From Bugula neritina (lineage: Eukaryota > Animalia > Bryozoa), in the NCBI GenBank assembly GCA_964035545.1, contig OZ037766.1, positions 28,131,673 to 28,195,672 of the forward strand: a DNA stretch of 64,000 nt, read 5' to 3'. Of this stretch, positions 1 to 12,306 are shown piece after piece (positions within the stretch are counted from its first letter, which is position 1; each line of letters begins with the position of its first letter). The notes beneath the pieces are model-generated. The model did no database searches and was not told the DNA's origin. It saw only the letters and a program-made list of their open reading frames with translations. The position numbers were made by a program, and so were the translations under genes.

Positions 1-236
1 GCATGAGTAATTCAGATATTCTCATTCAGTTCAATTACATGCAAAATTTAAATCATTGCTTTCAGCATAATATTTTTAAACTGCATGCAGACGAGCTACT
101 TTTTTTTTAGATTTTGCATAATATATATATGATCGTTGGTTGATTTTATTTCCCTTCAAAACTACAGTTAAAACTTTATAATTATTTATGTCAAGTTGGT
201 TTCTCTATACTAATACAAGGTGCCATTATTTTCAAG

Positions 237-3080
237 GAGTGTCTGGCTAAAGAAGAGTGCAATGGCTTTAATTATAACTCTATGGAACAAAAGTGTGAGA
301 CATTCTTGTATTCAGCAGAACATCAACTGAGTGAAGTAAATAATGGCTGGACATTGTGGTTGCCAGGTGTGTTCTCAGAATGCATTAAATGTTATCTAAA
401 GTCATCAAGCAACTGTGGTGCAAAGGTTAGAGTGCTTACCTTATAGTAACCACAAAGTCAGTGGATCAAGTAACAACACCCCAGTCATATCAAGGAGAGC
501 ATTCAGTCATAATTGTTCTTATGCTGCATCAGAAAAATCTTTAGCCTACGTTGAAAAACGACCTGTTTATTGGATATAGTATATTCTAGAAATTTCATAA
601 AGTTATACCATACTTTTTAAGCTATTTACCCTTTTGTGTGGCAAGTGAGAGCCATTATGGAGGTATAAAAAATTCAGAAAAAAAAAACATTTTAAATGCT
701 GCTTTGATGCTATGTTTCAAACACTTCGTCTTCCTGCTTTCAGAAAAATGTTGTATAAAATACTAATTGTTAAGTTCAAACTTATTCTAAATTATAGTAA
801 AATGTATTTTTTAATATTGTTTCTCATGCTTTAAAAATATCATTTTTATAAGTAATATTGAAGCAAAGGAGAAAAGTTGCAGTTGCAAACCTCCATTATT
901 TTTTAAGAGCCTTGACAAACTTGTAAAAGAAAGCATGTGACAGACTACAACAGTCATGGGTCATTTTACTTGATTTAGTACACACTGAAATCTCCAGCTT
1001 TTAGCTATTTTTCACAATTTAAATGGTAACGGACATGGATTTTTGCCTAAAATTAGTAAAACACCAATTAATACACCAAAATAGTTAAGGTTCTTTTTAA
1101 TTTTGCTTGATTTCCCATGATTTTTCTTATTTATTTAGCTTATTAGGAGTGCGGACTGTTACGAAAAAAAAACCATAACCGTCCATAACCAAAATTAGCT
1201 GAATAATTAGGGAAAAACATGGGAAATGAAGCAAAATTAAAAAGAACTTTTATTACTTAGGTGTATTTATTGGTGTTTTAATAGTTTCGATTAAAAACCT
1301 ATGTTTGTTAGCAGTTATATGGTGAAAAATAGCTAAAAACTGAATTAAGTAAAATGACCCTCATATCATAGCTTTTAACCAGAAAACTGTAAAAACAATA
1401 ATCTAAATAGTTGCATGAATGCCAAGATATAGGGGAAAAGTTTCCAGAAAGTAGAAAGATATAGTTATTATTTGATTTTATATTTAAATCACTAGAAGAT
1501 CAAATGCGCAAAATATATTAACATATAGCTGTTACATTTTAAAACTTTGTAAAATAACTTTTATAGTGCCTATATATATATGCAGCTTTCTTGTGTTCAA
1601 TAAAATATTGAGGTCAAGAACTTCCCGATGACTTAAGCAAAAAAGTTGCTGGATACCATGAGCATTTTAAAAAACATAATGAGTTGTAAGATTTTCTGTA
1701 GAACAGACATATTATTTAAACAGCTAAAGAATATTTAATTTCTCTATATTATACTTTGCAAAACCTATAGTTACGTTCAAAATTAAAGCATGAGCTTTTT
1801 ATATCTCAATTCAGTTTCTGTTTATAAGCTGAAAGATTACTAATGCAGTGCTGAACCATAAAGTATATTTAGCTACTGATAAAATAATGTAAACTCAATT
1901 TTAGATTTGTTAAAAAATTTAGCTTATGTGAAAAAAAGCGTTTCTAAACAATTGTGCTATAGAAGCTTGCCCGACTGCAGAAGAAAGACCCAGCTTTAAC
2001 AAGTCTGATTACTCATTGGCTATAAATGGAGTTGCTGTTATTAGTAGCATATATTGTCAACGGATGGATGATCTCAACACATTGTCTTTTCTTAATCTTC
2101 CTACTGGTGCAGTCAGAAACTATCAGATTGGTCAAGATAGTGATCAAGGGTGAGTGTTATAGCAAATTATATATAACATATATATACAGACTGGTGAATT
2201 TTCTAGGCAGGCTCACAGCTGCCACCTTGCTGTTCACTCTGAAATCTCAGCGAAGATGTATCTTTAATGTAATTGGAAAGCAGCTGTCATCTAGGGGTTA
2301 GAGTGTTTGTTTATTAAACACGAAGTCATGGGTTCAAGCCCCAACAAAGGTTATAGGTAATTTTAGGAAGAGCATCCAGTCATAATTGCTCCTGTGTCCC
2401 ATATGAATAAGTCCTTAGAACAATTTAACAAAAAACTCTTCCTATCAGGGTTTCTGATTCCAGTCTTGCTTAGCCTTTCTTTGTCTGCAATGTAATTGAC
2501 TCAATCAAAAATAGAAACTATATTATTTTGTACTAATATAGATAATTCTATAATTATTTATTTATCTACAATAATTTTGCAGATTTACAAAGTATGGAAT
2601 AGACTTGGATAGTCTGACTCTGAGACTAGAAGACTTCACATTTGCTACTTCAACCAGGGGATCTGATAAACTGCAGATTGGATACGTAGACAACTGTTCA
2701 GGTTGTGGAGGATGGACTAACACTAGAAGTAGAATTTACTTAGACATAACTGGTGAGGTTAACAATACAATCAAATTCAAACTTGGCTTGCTTTAAATTA
2801 TACAAACAGCAATGTTATTAGGACATTATCAACAAAGCTTATCAACAGTAAATTAACATGTTACTAAAACAATACATTTGCTTGCATATTTTTAGGCACT
2901 CAGTTTGAATTAGAAGATGACGTGACTTTGAGTTGCAATGGTATCATTTCACACACTTACCACAATTATAGAACTCCACAAAGAGTTGAAACGCAATGTA
3001 CTGCGTGCTGCGGTGAGGCTTATTTTAGAAGTAGATATGGAAGCAGCGGTGGGCAGATTTCTTTACGTATTTTAAAATAG
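237..3080 (+). CDS. PAN/Apple + GON-domain secreted protein, copy A (exons 3-6; exons 1-2 lie before the window)
   Basis: Exons 237-366, 1963-2149, 2583-2752, 2896-3080 with AG/GT boundaries and continuous phase, no internal stops: ECLAKEECNGFNYNSMEQKCETF...WLP|EACPT...YSLAING...SIYCQRM...FLNLPTG...|FTKYGIDLDSLTLRLEDFTFA...GYVDNC...LDITG|TQFEL...RVETQCTACCG...ISLRILK*. Exon sizes match the other copies. Confidence 0.85.
409..548 (+). mobile_element. Degenerate tRNA-derived SINE-like fragment
   Basis: gcaactgtggtgcaaaggttagagtg...gagcattcagtcataattgttc; related sequence at 2280-2420, 34726-34862, 36875-37010 and about 59810-59920; A-box-like head, and a B-box-like ggttcaagcc in the 2280 copy. 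Confidence 0.45.
958..1360. mobile_element. Foldback MITE (GGGTCATTTTAC...GTAAAATGACCC), 4-bp TSD TCAT, Sola2-like
   Basis: Near-palindromic along its length; TCAT on both sides; the paralogous intron of copy G (about 35268-35284, aacagtcatatcatagc) is the empty site with one TCAT at that position. Confidence 0.9.
2280..2420 (+). mobile_element. Degenerate tRNA-derived SINE-like fragment
   Basis: gcagctgtcatctaggggttagagtg...atgggttcaagcccc...ggaagagcatccagtcataattgctcctg; same family as 409-548. Confidence 0.5.
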
Positions 3081-3967
3081 ACTTTTAATTTGAGTTTTTT
3101 TAATATATAAGTTATTTAAACTATCGATTTGAAACTTTAAGTTGACAACTTATATAAATTTTTCATCTCATTTTTATTTTTAATAGCATCAATTTAATGA
3201 TTTAATTGAAACTCAATTTGGTAACTGTTTTATACTTTTTTATGAATGGTTTTTCAAAACTAGGATAAGAAAAACTACTACATAAAATTGAATTTTTAAA
3301 ACTAGCACAGATAAGAGTTGATTATAGAAGCAACTAGTTATGGTAATATCTCTCAACAACATGTCAATTTGTGCACACCAATCATATTTTATAACTGTTG
3401 TGTTATGTACGTTAACAACCCTTTTAGAAAAACTAAACACAAAGCTCATAATATTTGTTTTTGGTCTACATTTATATATTGTTTTGCATAATTAAAAAAT
3501 GTTTTATTATCCTTGTAAATGTTTTCGAAAGTTGTGCATTTAAAAAATAAATAGATATACAAAACTTTTGTAAAAATATTCTGCATTGTAAGAAGCAAAA
3601 GCCTAAAGTGAATTGAATGCCAGTAAAATTTGAATCAATTGCTTTGGCTTTAATTGGTAATTTTATGTTTTATATATACATATAATAATTATATTTATGC
3701 AAAAATATTTACAAATAATGCAAATGATATCATAGTTGCTATAAATACCCATGCAATAGAGATTTTTAGATACAGCTCAACCTAAATGATAGGCAAGTAG
3801 TAGGCCTCCATCAGTCAGTCAGCCCAACTATGGATGCCACACCTTTTATACAACAGGTGTATAAAGGACAGGCTGTCGCCTATGTAACTTGTTCCCTTCT
3901 TCATGTTGCTGACAAAACCAAAAAAACAGAAGTGCTGCTACGGCTTGGCAAAAGCGCCTTCGGAGAA

Positions 3968-4790
3968 GAAAACATAGTTTATTGCATGGGTTAACTTTTT
4001 TTAATGAGTTGCATTGCATTAATTGCATCACCCAAGTTGTCAATGATTTGGGTACACAACTCCAATCTAATGTAGCAAGCAAAACAATGTGTGTTATTAT
4101 TATTTTACAGCTAAATAATCACCATCTACGTTATATGGTAAAAAAAATTAATATAGCTAATTTTTAGAATTAGCTACATATATCACATATTATGTCTGTG
4201 AAGTTGTCTGAGGAAATATACATAGACGTTGCCAATTGAAAAACTAAGTAGTCCTACAGTTCATATATTACGGATAACAATTATTATTTATGTAGGAGCA
4301 TTGAAAGAGAAATGCCAATAACTAGACTAAGCTATTCAATTACTTTTAAAAACTTTTAGTTTGGATGATCAGAGGAACAAAGCACTTTTTGCTTTATGGC
4401 TCAATTGTATGATCATTTTATTATGGGGGGGGGGGGAGAGAAAACTTTCTGAAAAAGCATTATGTTGGCTCACTATAATGAGTTTTCAAGAAGTGGTTAA
4501 TCATGCATGTAATAATGTTGTAAATAAACTCTGCATTCTGAAGGAAGTTGTTTTTGTTCAGCCAAATACATTAGAGTGGAGCTTTTATTCACTGAAACTG
4601 AATAGAATGTATTCCAGCCCAGTGCTGCCATAGGCTAGTCTAACAATAATATTGGAACACATTTAACTAGAAGGAAGTTAAACTATTTATACTTATGACC
4701 TCCAACAAAGACACGCTGCTTATAACAAAATTCGTTACTGATAGCATGTTCCTTGCATCACTGTCAAGTACAGCTCTGCTGGAAACCTGT
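3968..4790 (+). repeat. Duplicated non-coding block, colinear with 47127-47824 plus 52794-52950
   Basis: Long runs of near-identity, e.g. ctcactataatgagttttcaagaagtggttaatcatgcatgtaataatgttgtaaataaactctgcattctgaag and tatgacctcca..aaa.acacgctgctta.aacaaaa. Confidence 0.9.
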
Positions 4791-4794
4791 ATAA

Positions 4795-5213
4795 GGGTCA
4801 TTATACTTAATTTAGTACACACTGGGAATCTCCAGTCTTTAACTATTTTTTACAATGTCGCTGCTAATGAACATGGGTTTTTGCCCAAAACTAATAAAAT
4901 ATCAATAAATACACCTAAATAATCAAGGTTATTTTTAATTTTGCTTGATTTCCCATGTTTTTTCTAATCATTCAGCTACTTTTGATTGCGGACCATTACG
5001 AAAAAACTGTAACGGTCTGCAATCCAAATTAGCTAAATAAATAAGTAAAAGCACGGGAAATCATACGAAATTAAAAAGAACCTTGATAATTTAAGTGTAT
5101 TTATTGATATTTTACTGGTTTTGGGCTAAAACCCATGTTCATTAGCAGCTAAATTGTAAAAATAGCTAAAAACTGGAGATTTCTAGAGTGTACTAAATTA
5201 GGTAAAATGACCC
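4795..5213. mobile_element. Foldback MITE, second copy, 4-bp TSD ATAA
   Basis: Same termini GGGTCATT...AATGACCC and palindromic body as 958-1360; ATAA at 4791-4794 and 5214-5217. Confidence 0.9.
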
Positions 5214-5724
5214 ATAAAGGATTTTTTTGTTCCATAAACTCTCACTTAGGAGTAGATAACTTATAAATGAATCAGCAGCTCAGTGACAAGATAAAAGAGG
5301 CAAGTCATCTTGAAATAATATGCTTTATAATTATTATAGGTTATTTATGAGAACACCCTGACAGATTTATATTATCAATTTATTTACTTTATATTGAGAC
5401 ATATAACTAAATGTAAACTTGCCTGACAAAGAGGCTTAATCAAGTTTTAAGAATGAAATTGTTTGTGAAATATTATTTATTCTTATAAATTATGACTTCT
5501 GTTATTGTAAACTTACTAAGAATTATAACACAAATAGCAGGTTGAAAATATAAAAGCCTATATATGCTTATTATAAAAATGGAAACACATCTACATTTAT
5601 ATGTATATAATATATAAATATTTAAATATATAAATACACATTAAAAATAGGTAAATATAGATAGCCTGTAAAGTTGTAAAGATATATATATATATAAATC
5701 CAAACAACTATACCAAAGAAGAAA

Positions 5725-6807
5725 ATGATAAACTTACTCAACATTTCTACAAAACAAGTTCACTTTACTTTCAACGACATCATTTATACACAGACGGATG
5801 GTGTTGCTATGGGATCTCCTCTAGGACCAATAATTGCGAATATATTCATGACAAAACTAGAACAGCAAGTAATACCAAAATTGAATTCAATGTCACCTTG
5901 GGTGAGATACATAGATGACACATTTGCAACAATAGACCCTGATTATATTAACACAACACTCAACACACTTAATAATTTTCATCCTAACATAAAATTTGCT
6001 CACAAACTAGAAACCAATAAATTACTTTCTTTTCTAGATGTTACAGTTTTGCGACACAATAGCTCAGTGGAAACCACAGTATTCCGCAAACCAACACATA
6101 ACGATACATATTTACATTGGAACTCTTTCTCACTAAAAACGTGGAAGCTAAGCACACTCAAGTCACTAGTATTAAGGGCTAATAAAATCTGTTCTACTCC
6201 AGCACTTAAGACCCAAGAACTAAACTATATTCGAAAAGTTTTTGAACATAAAAATGGTTACCCTAAATATGTAATAGAGAAAACTATTAACAACGTTGGT
6301 GATGGACTACTCAGTGAAAAAGACAACAGAAAACACATTTTACTCCAGCTGCCTTATAAAGGAGTAACAGGAGAAAAACTAATCCGCTCCCTCAATAAAT
6401 TAATTACAGACTCTTTTTCAAATGAACTCAATGCCCGGATTTTATTTAAAGAAACCCCCTTAAGTTCACATTTTAATCTCAAAGATAAAACCAATAAAGA
6501 ACACATTCACAACCTAGTCTACAAAATAACCTGCCCTGAAGCTACCTGTCAACAAACATATGTAGGCGAAACCGGACGTCGCCTATCACACAGGATACAT
6601 GAACACTGCCATGACATCAATTCCAAAATTTATCAACACATCTCCACCACTAATCATGGAAACATATCAATAGACAATGTAACAGTTTTAAATCATTCAT
6701 TTAAAGGAATCCACCATCGAAAAGTAGCCGAAGCTCTCTACATTAAACAAATAAAACCGCAACTCAATAAACAAAATTACTCCATACCACTAAAACTATA
6801 TCAATAG
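5725..6807 (+). CDS. Penelope-type reverse transcriptase (C-terminal part) + GIY-YIG endonuclease
   Basis: YTQTDGVAMGSPLGPIIANIFM, WVRYIDD, LSFLDV, FRKPTH, NGYP, then NLVYKITC...YVGETGRRL...EH...EALYIK...LN; N-terminal RT motifs missing. Confidence 0.92.
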   Translation: MINLLNISTKQVHFTFNDIIYTQTDGVAMGSPLGPIIANIFMTKLEQQVIPKLNSMSPWVRYIDDTFATIDPDYINTTLNTLNNFHPNIKFAHKLETNKLLSFLDVTVLRHNSSVETTVFRKPTHNDTYLHWNSFSLKTWKLSTLKSLVLRANKICSTPALKTQELNYIRKVFEHKNGYPKYVIEKTINNVGDGLLSEKDNRKHILLQLPYKGVTGEKLIRSLNKLITDSFSNELNARILFKETPLSSHFNLKDKTNKEHIHNLVYKITCPEATCQQTYVGETGRRLSHRIHEHCHDINSKIYQHISTTNHGNISIDNVTVLNHSFKGIHHRKVAEALYIKQIKPQLNKQNYSIPLKLYQ

Positions 6808-7050
6808 CTCCACACTACTCAACTCTCACATAGTTTCACTAATTCTTGCTGTTTTTATATTTGGATATCTATTTTTTTTGTCAACTCTAATTTATTTTTT
6901 ATGCAAAAAAATCAGTATAATTTTTGACCTGCGTAATATATAAATAAGATTATCTCCCTAAGTTTCAATAATTTACAATAACTGCCACTCTCTATTCTTT
7001 GTGTCATGCATAACGTCTAACGTAACATAATAATTTTTAAATTTCATTCA

Positions 7051-7097
7051 TTGCTACTCTGAAGATGGGTACAGTGGTACCCAAAATATCAGTGTAA
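7051..7097 (+). ncRNA. Degenerate type I hammerhead ribozyme in the Penelope 3' region
   Basis: CTGAAGA (7059-7065), stem gggtac/gtaccc, AAAA in place of the conserved GAAA, ATC triplet, flanks ttgc-act/agt-gtaa that can pair. Confidence 0.55.
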
Positions 7098-7143
7098 TTA
7101 CTTTACCTAATAAAGTAAAAAAACAACAATGTTTCTCGTATAC

Positions 7144-7199
<56 letters not shown>

Positions 7200-7729
7200 C
7201 ATGCATGTGTGTAGGCGCGCGGGAGAGCACATGTGTTGTGCAAATATACTGAGAAAATAATCATGTGATTGAACTGAGATAGCGGCATGTAAAAAGTGAT
7301 TAACATATTGTATCATAGTATATATATTATCATTGAAAAATTTGCATTACAGTTTCATATTCAATGCAGTTTACAATAAGCTTAAACTTTTAACCTTACG
7401 CTTAACCAAAAGGTTCTAACCTATTTCTGTTTCAATAAAATGCACACGCAAAGCACTCGAATACCAACAGTTATGTTTGCTGTAAAAACAATAACTTTTG
7501 CATCTCTCAAATTTCATAGGCAGATGGCTTTGTCATTTTGACTTTCCTATTAGAACACTCTAATAAACCTTTTAAAACTCACATAAATGCAGAATCAGAT
7601 GTGTTACCTTGTTTGGTCTCTATATGATCAATCAATATGCCATATCCCTGTGTCAAGTTTAATGCAGGTGAAGTATTGCATAATTTGTTAGTTATATTCA
7701 GTATAATTCATTATGTACATCTGATCGAC

Positions 7730-9082
7730 ATGAAGCTGCAGGTGATATTTCAACTCATTCTGTATTTAACAGGTGTGTAACATGTTTTAAAAACGTTTAT
7801 ACATACCAGGCTTATTCATATGTAGGCTTTGCAACTGCTCGCCTTTGTTTTGTGCAGCCAAACTTACTTATATGCATGCATATGTATTTTATTTTTGAGC
7901 AAATTGTTAAAATTACTTTATAAGTTTTATTTTAAATAATTCATGAAGTAACTCGTTTAAAATTAGAACATTTTCTGCAAAACAGCTCTGATTTTGACAT
8001 TTACTCCAAAAACTATAATAAATAAAAGGAATATTTTTCATACTATAATTCAGAAATGTTTTTTCAGATATTTGATTCAAAAGCAACATGACTGTAGATT
8101 TAAAATATACATAACAATCTAGCACAAGTACAATCAGAAATGGTTATATAATTGTTGGAATTGTAATTTTGTTCTCTTGCACTATAGCTACTCGACAAAG
8201 ATTTTTGCCGTCATTTAAATATTTTTATTGTTTAATACACAATCGATTGATTGCTATATGAGAAAAAGGAAAAGCATTTTTCAATCTGCAAATAACAGGA
8301 AAGTTATATTAAAAAATATTAAAAACACATTGTGTTGAAGGCTATAGGTGGCTACAGCCTATAGATTTAGTTTGCTGAATCTAATGCTGATAGAATGTTT
8401 GAGCAAATTTGTTTGACTTTGCTATTAACCTGGGCCTAAACTTTGTTATACTTTGATTGTTTTATAGTTTATTGTTGTTCATGTTCATGTGTACTATTCA
8501 TGTAATGCTAAATCATTGGTTTACAAGGTTTACAAAGTACGGAATAGATTTGGATACTTTTACTCTGAGACTAGATGACTTCACCTTTGCTACTACAACT
8601 AGAGGCACTAACAAACTAAATCTTGGATACACAGACAACTGTTCTGGTTGTGGAGGAGAGACTGAGACTAGAAGTCAGATTTACTTTGACATAACCGGTG
8701 AGGTTTAGGCAGCCTTTAAAGTTAAACCTATATATAGCATTTAATAAAGAATATAAAAATATCAACATCGATTTATTTTTCATTACTTTATTGGAAACCA
8801 AGCAGCTGTTCGCAGCAACTCATACATTACTAAACAAATCTATTTAGTAAGTTACTTTAGTGCCATCAAATTACTGATATGCTGGCATATTTTGTAGGCA
8901 CTCAGTTCGAGTTGAAAGATGACGTGACTTTCAGTAGCTCTGGTTACATTCCATACACTTATCACAGTTCTAGAACTTCACAAAGAGTTGAGACACAATG
9001 GACTGCATGCTGTGGCACGGCATATTTTAGAAGTGGCTATGGAAACAGCACTGGGAAAATTTTGCTGCGTCTTGTAGAATAA
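7730..9082 (+). pseudogene. PAN-GON copy B, internally deleted (exon 1 + exons 5-6 only)
   Basis: Exon 1 7730-7772 (MKLQVIFQLILYLT, as in copy F), exon 5 8528-8697, exon 6 8898-9082; no exons 2-4 in the 755 bp between. Splicing exon 1 (phase 1) to exon 5 (phase 2) frameshifts to TAG within six codons. Confidence 0.8.
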
Positions 9083-11189
9083 TATCTCCATTTCAGTTCT
9101 CTGATTTTGCAGTTAATGAAAACTTACTCACTACTTAATGGTGAAAGTGTGGAAATCTTGGTCAGTAACGAGAAGTTTGAGATTTTAATAAACTCTCGTT
9201 GCAGCTTCATATTTAATTTCATATCAGAAACAGTGTAATTTTTATTTAATTAAAATGTGTTTTTATTATCCATTACTGTTTGCTGTTTTGTGATATATTT
9301 TTTAAATTAAAACAGAAAAGCAAGCATGCATGCAATTGTTTTCAAGTCAGACAAAATATCACAGGCATCCAATAAACAGTTCAGGTTTCAATTCTGAAAG
9401 TGCTTATTGTATTTGATTCATCAAATTTTGGTCGATTCATGTATTCTGTATTGTAAATTTGTGTCATATGAGTACAAATAAAATTATTATTCCACTCTTT
9501 GGTAGTTTATTTATAATTATTTTTGGTAGGTTATGCATGCAAAATGCATCAGATACTTTAATGGTTCTAGCAAAAGTATAATTAGCATAAACAATGAAAT
9601 ATTGCAGTAGCTAGTTAATGTAATAAAAACTTTTATTTACACATTTTATTTAATATTGTGTTTGCTCATTACTTTGATAAAAAACTTTGCCAAATTCTTT
9701 TCGGTATGGTTGGAGTTGTTGACAGAAATATTATTCTCTTTTCTGCTATAGATTTCCTATTATTACTTGTCTCCATATAATATAAGGCATGGTAAGCAGC
9801 ATAATACATAGAAAATGCATTAGTTGTTTTAGCACATTGATCTGTTAATTTAGCTTAATGAGTAATGAAATATAATCTTGAATTTTGACTGCACATGAGC
9901 AAATCAAGTTCCTCAGGATACCATGAATCAATTTTTGAATATTATATTTAAGCATAACCTGTAGCAGCTATTAGCGTGCAGATATTCATTTTAGTTTTAA
10001 AAGTGTATTTTATACATGGTTCATCTTATTTTGAGCCAAAATGTTAATTTGGTCTGCAGGAAAAGCATTTTTAAACACTTTACATTTCAAATCACTTTTC
10101 CAAAATTATTGCTTTCTTCATCTCTTGCGCATTTTAAGATATTATTATATATACAGGGGTTTTTAAATTTCACCCAATCAAGGGTTGCCTAACTACACAA
10201 TAAGTCACCTAATCTTTTAACTGTTTATTTAAACAGTTAAATAATACATAGTATAAAGCAATTTTAGTAGCTCTTCTTGGAATAAAAGTAAAGAGAATAC
10301 AACTTTAAATTCAGTTATTTTCACTTTTGAATATTTGCACTTGGTTACCACATGCATTCCAAAGTAGGCTATAGTAAAGAATTGTATTTATAATAACTAT
10401 AACGTGAAGTGTACATAAAAATTTGTTAAGGGCAGCGACATAAACAATTTATTAAATTTGAGTATCATCTATAAAGAGGGTAAAGAAACAAATATAATTA
10501 TGATCAACTTTATCAAACTATAGATGAAGATTTAAATAAAATGAGTAGCTCATTCACTTATAAGACAAATCAAATTGCAAGTGTACTACTTGAGTCACAT
10601 TTTATATGCACTTTTATGCAAAATTATGTCTGAAAACTATTTTATTTTTACCTCCCACAATTACATTACGTTAAAAACATAAAGGAATATTTTAGGTAAA
10701 AATATACTTATAGATGAAAACCGACAGATTAATAAAATTAATTTTTATAAAAAGTTAGGAAATTAAACATTTTACTAGCATAAACTGTACTTTGAAATTT
10801 TCTTATAATAATTATGTATTATGTTGAATGATCACAATTTTTTAATAAGAATCGCTGCAGCCTAAAGTTGAAAGCTTTTTCCAAAGTTAGTCTTTGGAAA
10901 TCCAAGAAAATATATCATTACAATTATCAATTTGATGCATATAATATATTGTAGTATATGTTAATAAACATTGTAACTCTTGTATCATATATATATTATA
11001 CAATGATTCCATATATATAGATATCTAAATGATGACACTACTTAGGGCACTTCCAGTTACTGCAACTATAAATATTGTCCTTCTGTTTTTTTAGAAAAAA
11101 TCAACATATGTAAGCATAGTGACACTTGCAGCATTATATTATGATGATATTTTGTATAGACCATTACAATATAATTTTTTATAACCAGT

Positions 11190-11665
<476 letters not shown>

Positions 11666-11902
11666 ATATATATACTGATCAACAAATTATGATGAAAGGC
11701 TTAAAACATTAAAAGAATGAAAAGACCATTGCCTTCTCATTGTTTGAATGCAATTCAACATAAAATCTTACTAATAATAGTAAGTTATAATATAGTTTAA
11801 ATATGCAACATAGGGCAGGTATATATTTATGGTTAACAAATAACAAGTTTGTAATCTTATATACTTGCATCAGCTACTTAGCTCATGTATTTTCAAATCA
11901 TT

Positions 11903-12306
11903 TCATATCACTAAACGCAGTGTTACAGTTCCATTTGGTTGCCCATCTCCATTTGCCAAACTCAAATGTGCACAACAACCTGTACAATGACTTTCTATGA
12001 CTTGTGGTTCAGTGAAGTTTAAATATGCATATGGAATGTAGCCTCTGCAACAAGTTTATCTTCATACCCTCCTCTAGTTCAAATCGAGTACCTGCATGTA
12101 TAGAACATAATTACAAGATTGGTTTTCTAAATTTCATGATAATTTCAATTCAATAAAATAAAAAATAAGTATTCATATAATATTAGATTGCAGCAACTTT
12201 CTTCACTGCTTGCTATTGAGCATTTTGCAATTTGACTTCTTTTGGCTGCTGAATGTTTACTTACCTTTTACATCAAATCAAATTTTACCTCCGTTGGCAA
12301 AATACT
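11903..12306 (-). pseudogene. PAN-GON copy C, fragment paralogous to copy E
   Basis: Exon 6 11903-12091 is 189 nt versus 185 in E (4-nt insertion, frameshift). The 3' end of exon 5 (12265-12306) has an in-frame TGA, and homology stops at about 12306. Confidence 0.85.

Larger units (their letters stand above)
5695..7148 (+). mobile_element. Penelope-like retroelement, 5'-truncated, flanked by (TA)n
   Basis: RT + GIY-YIG ORF followed by a pLTR-like 3' region containing a degenerate hammerhead (7051-7097) and AATAAA; TA repeats on both sides. Confidence 0.9.

Noticed and set aside
2026-2301. 91-aa hydrophobic ORF
   Set aside because: Alternative frame of exon 4 of copy A running into the intron; the conserved frame is the GON frame.
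2280-2345. Possible tRNA gene
   Set aside because: No intact cloverleaf; it is the decayed head of a SINE-like repeat.
3805-3965. GC-richer patch possibly from a LINE/SINE 5' region (weakly similar antisense patch at 54745-54905)
   Set aside because: Similarity too short to classify without a repeat-library search.
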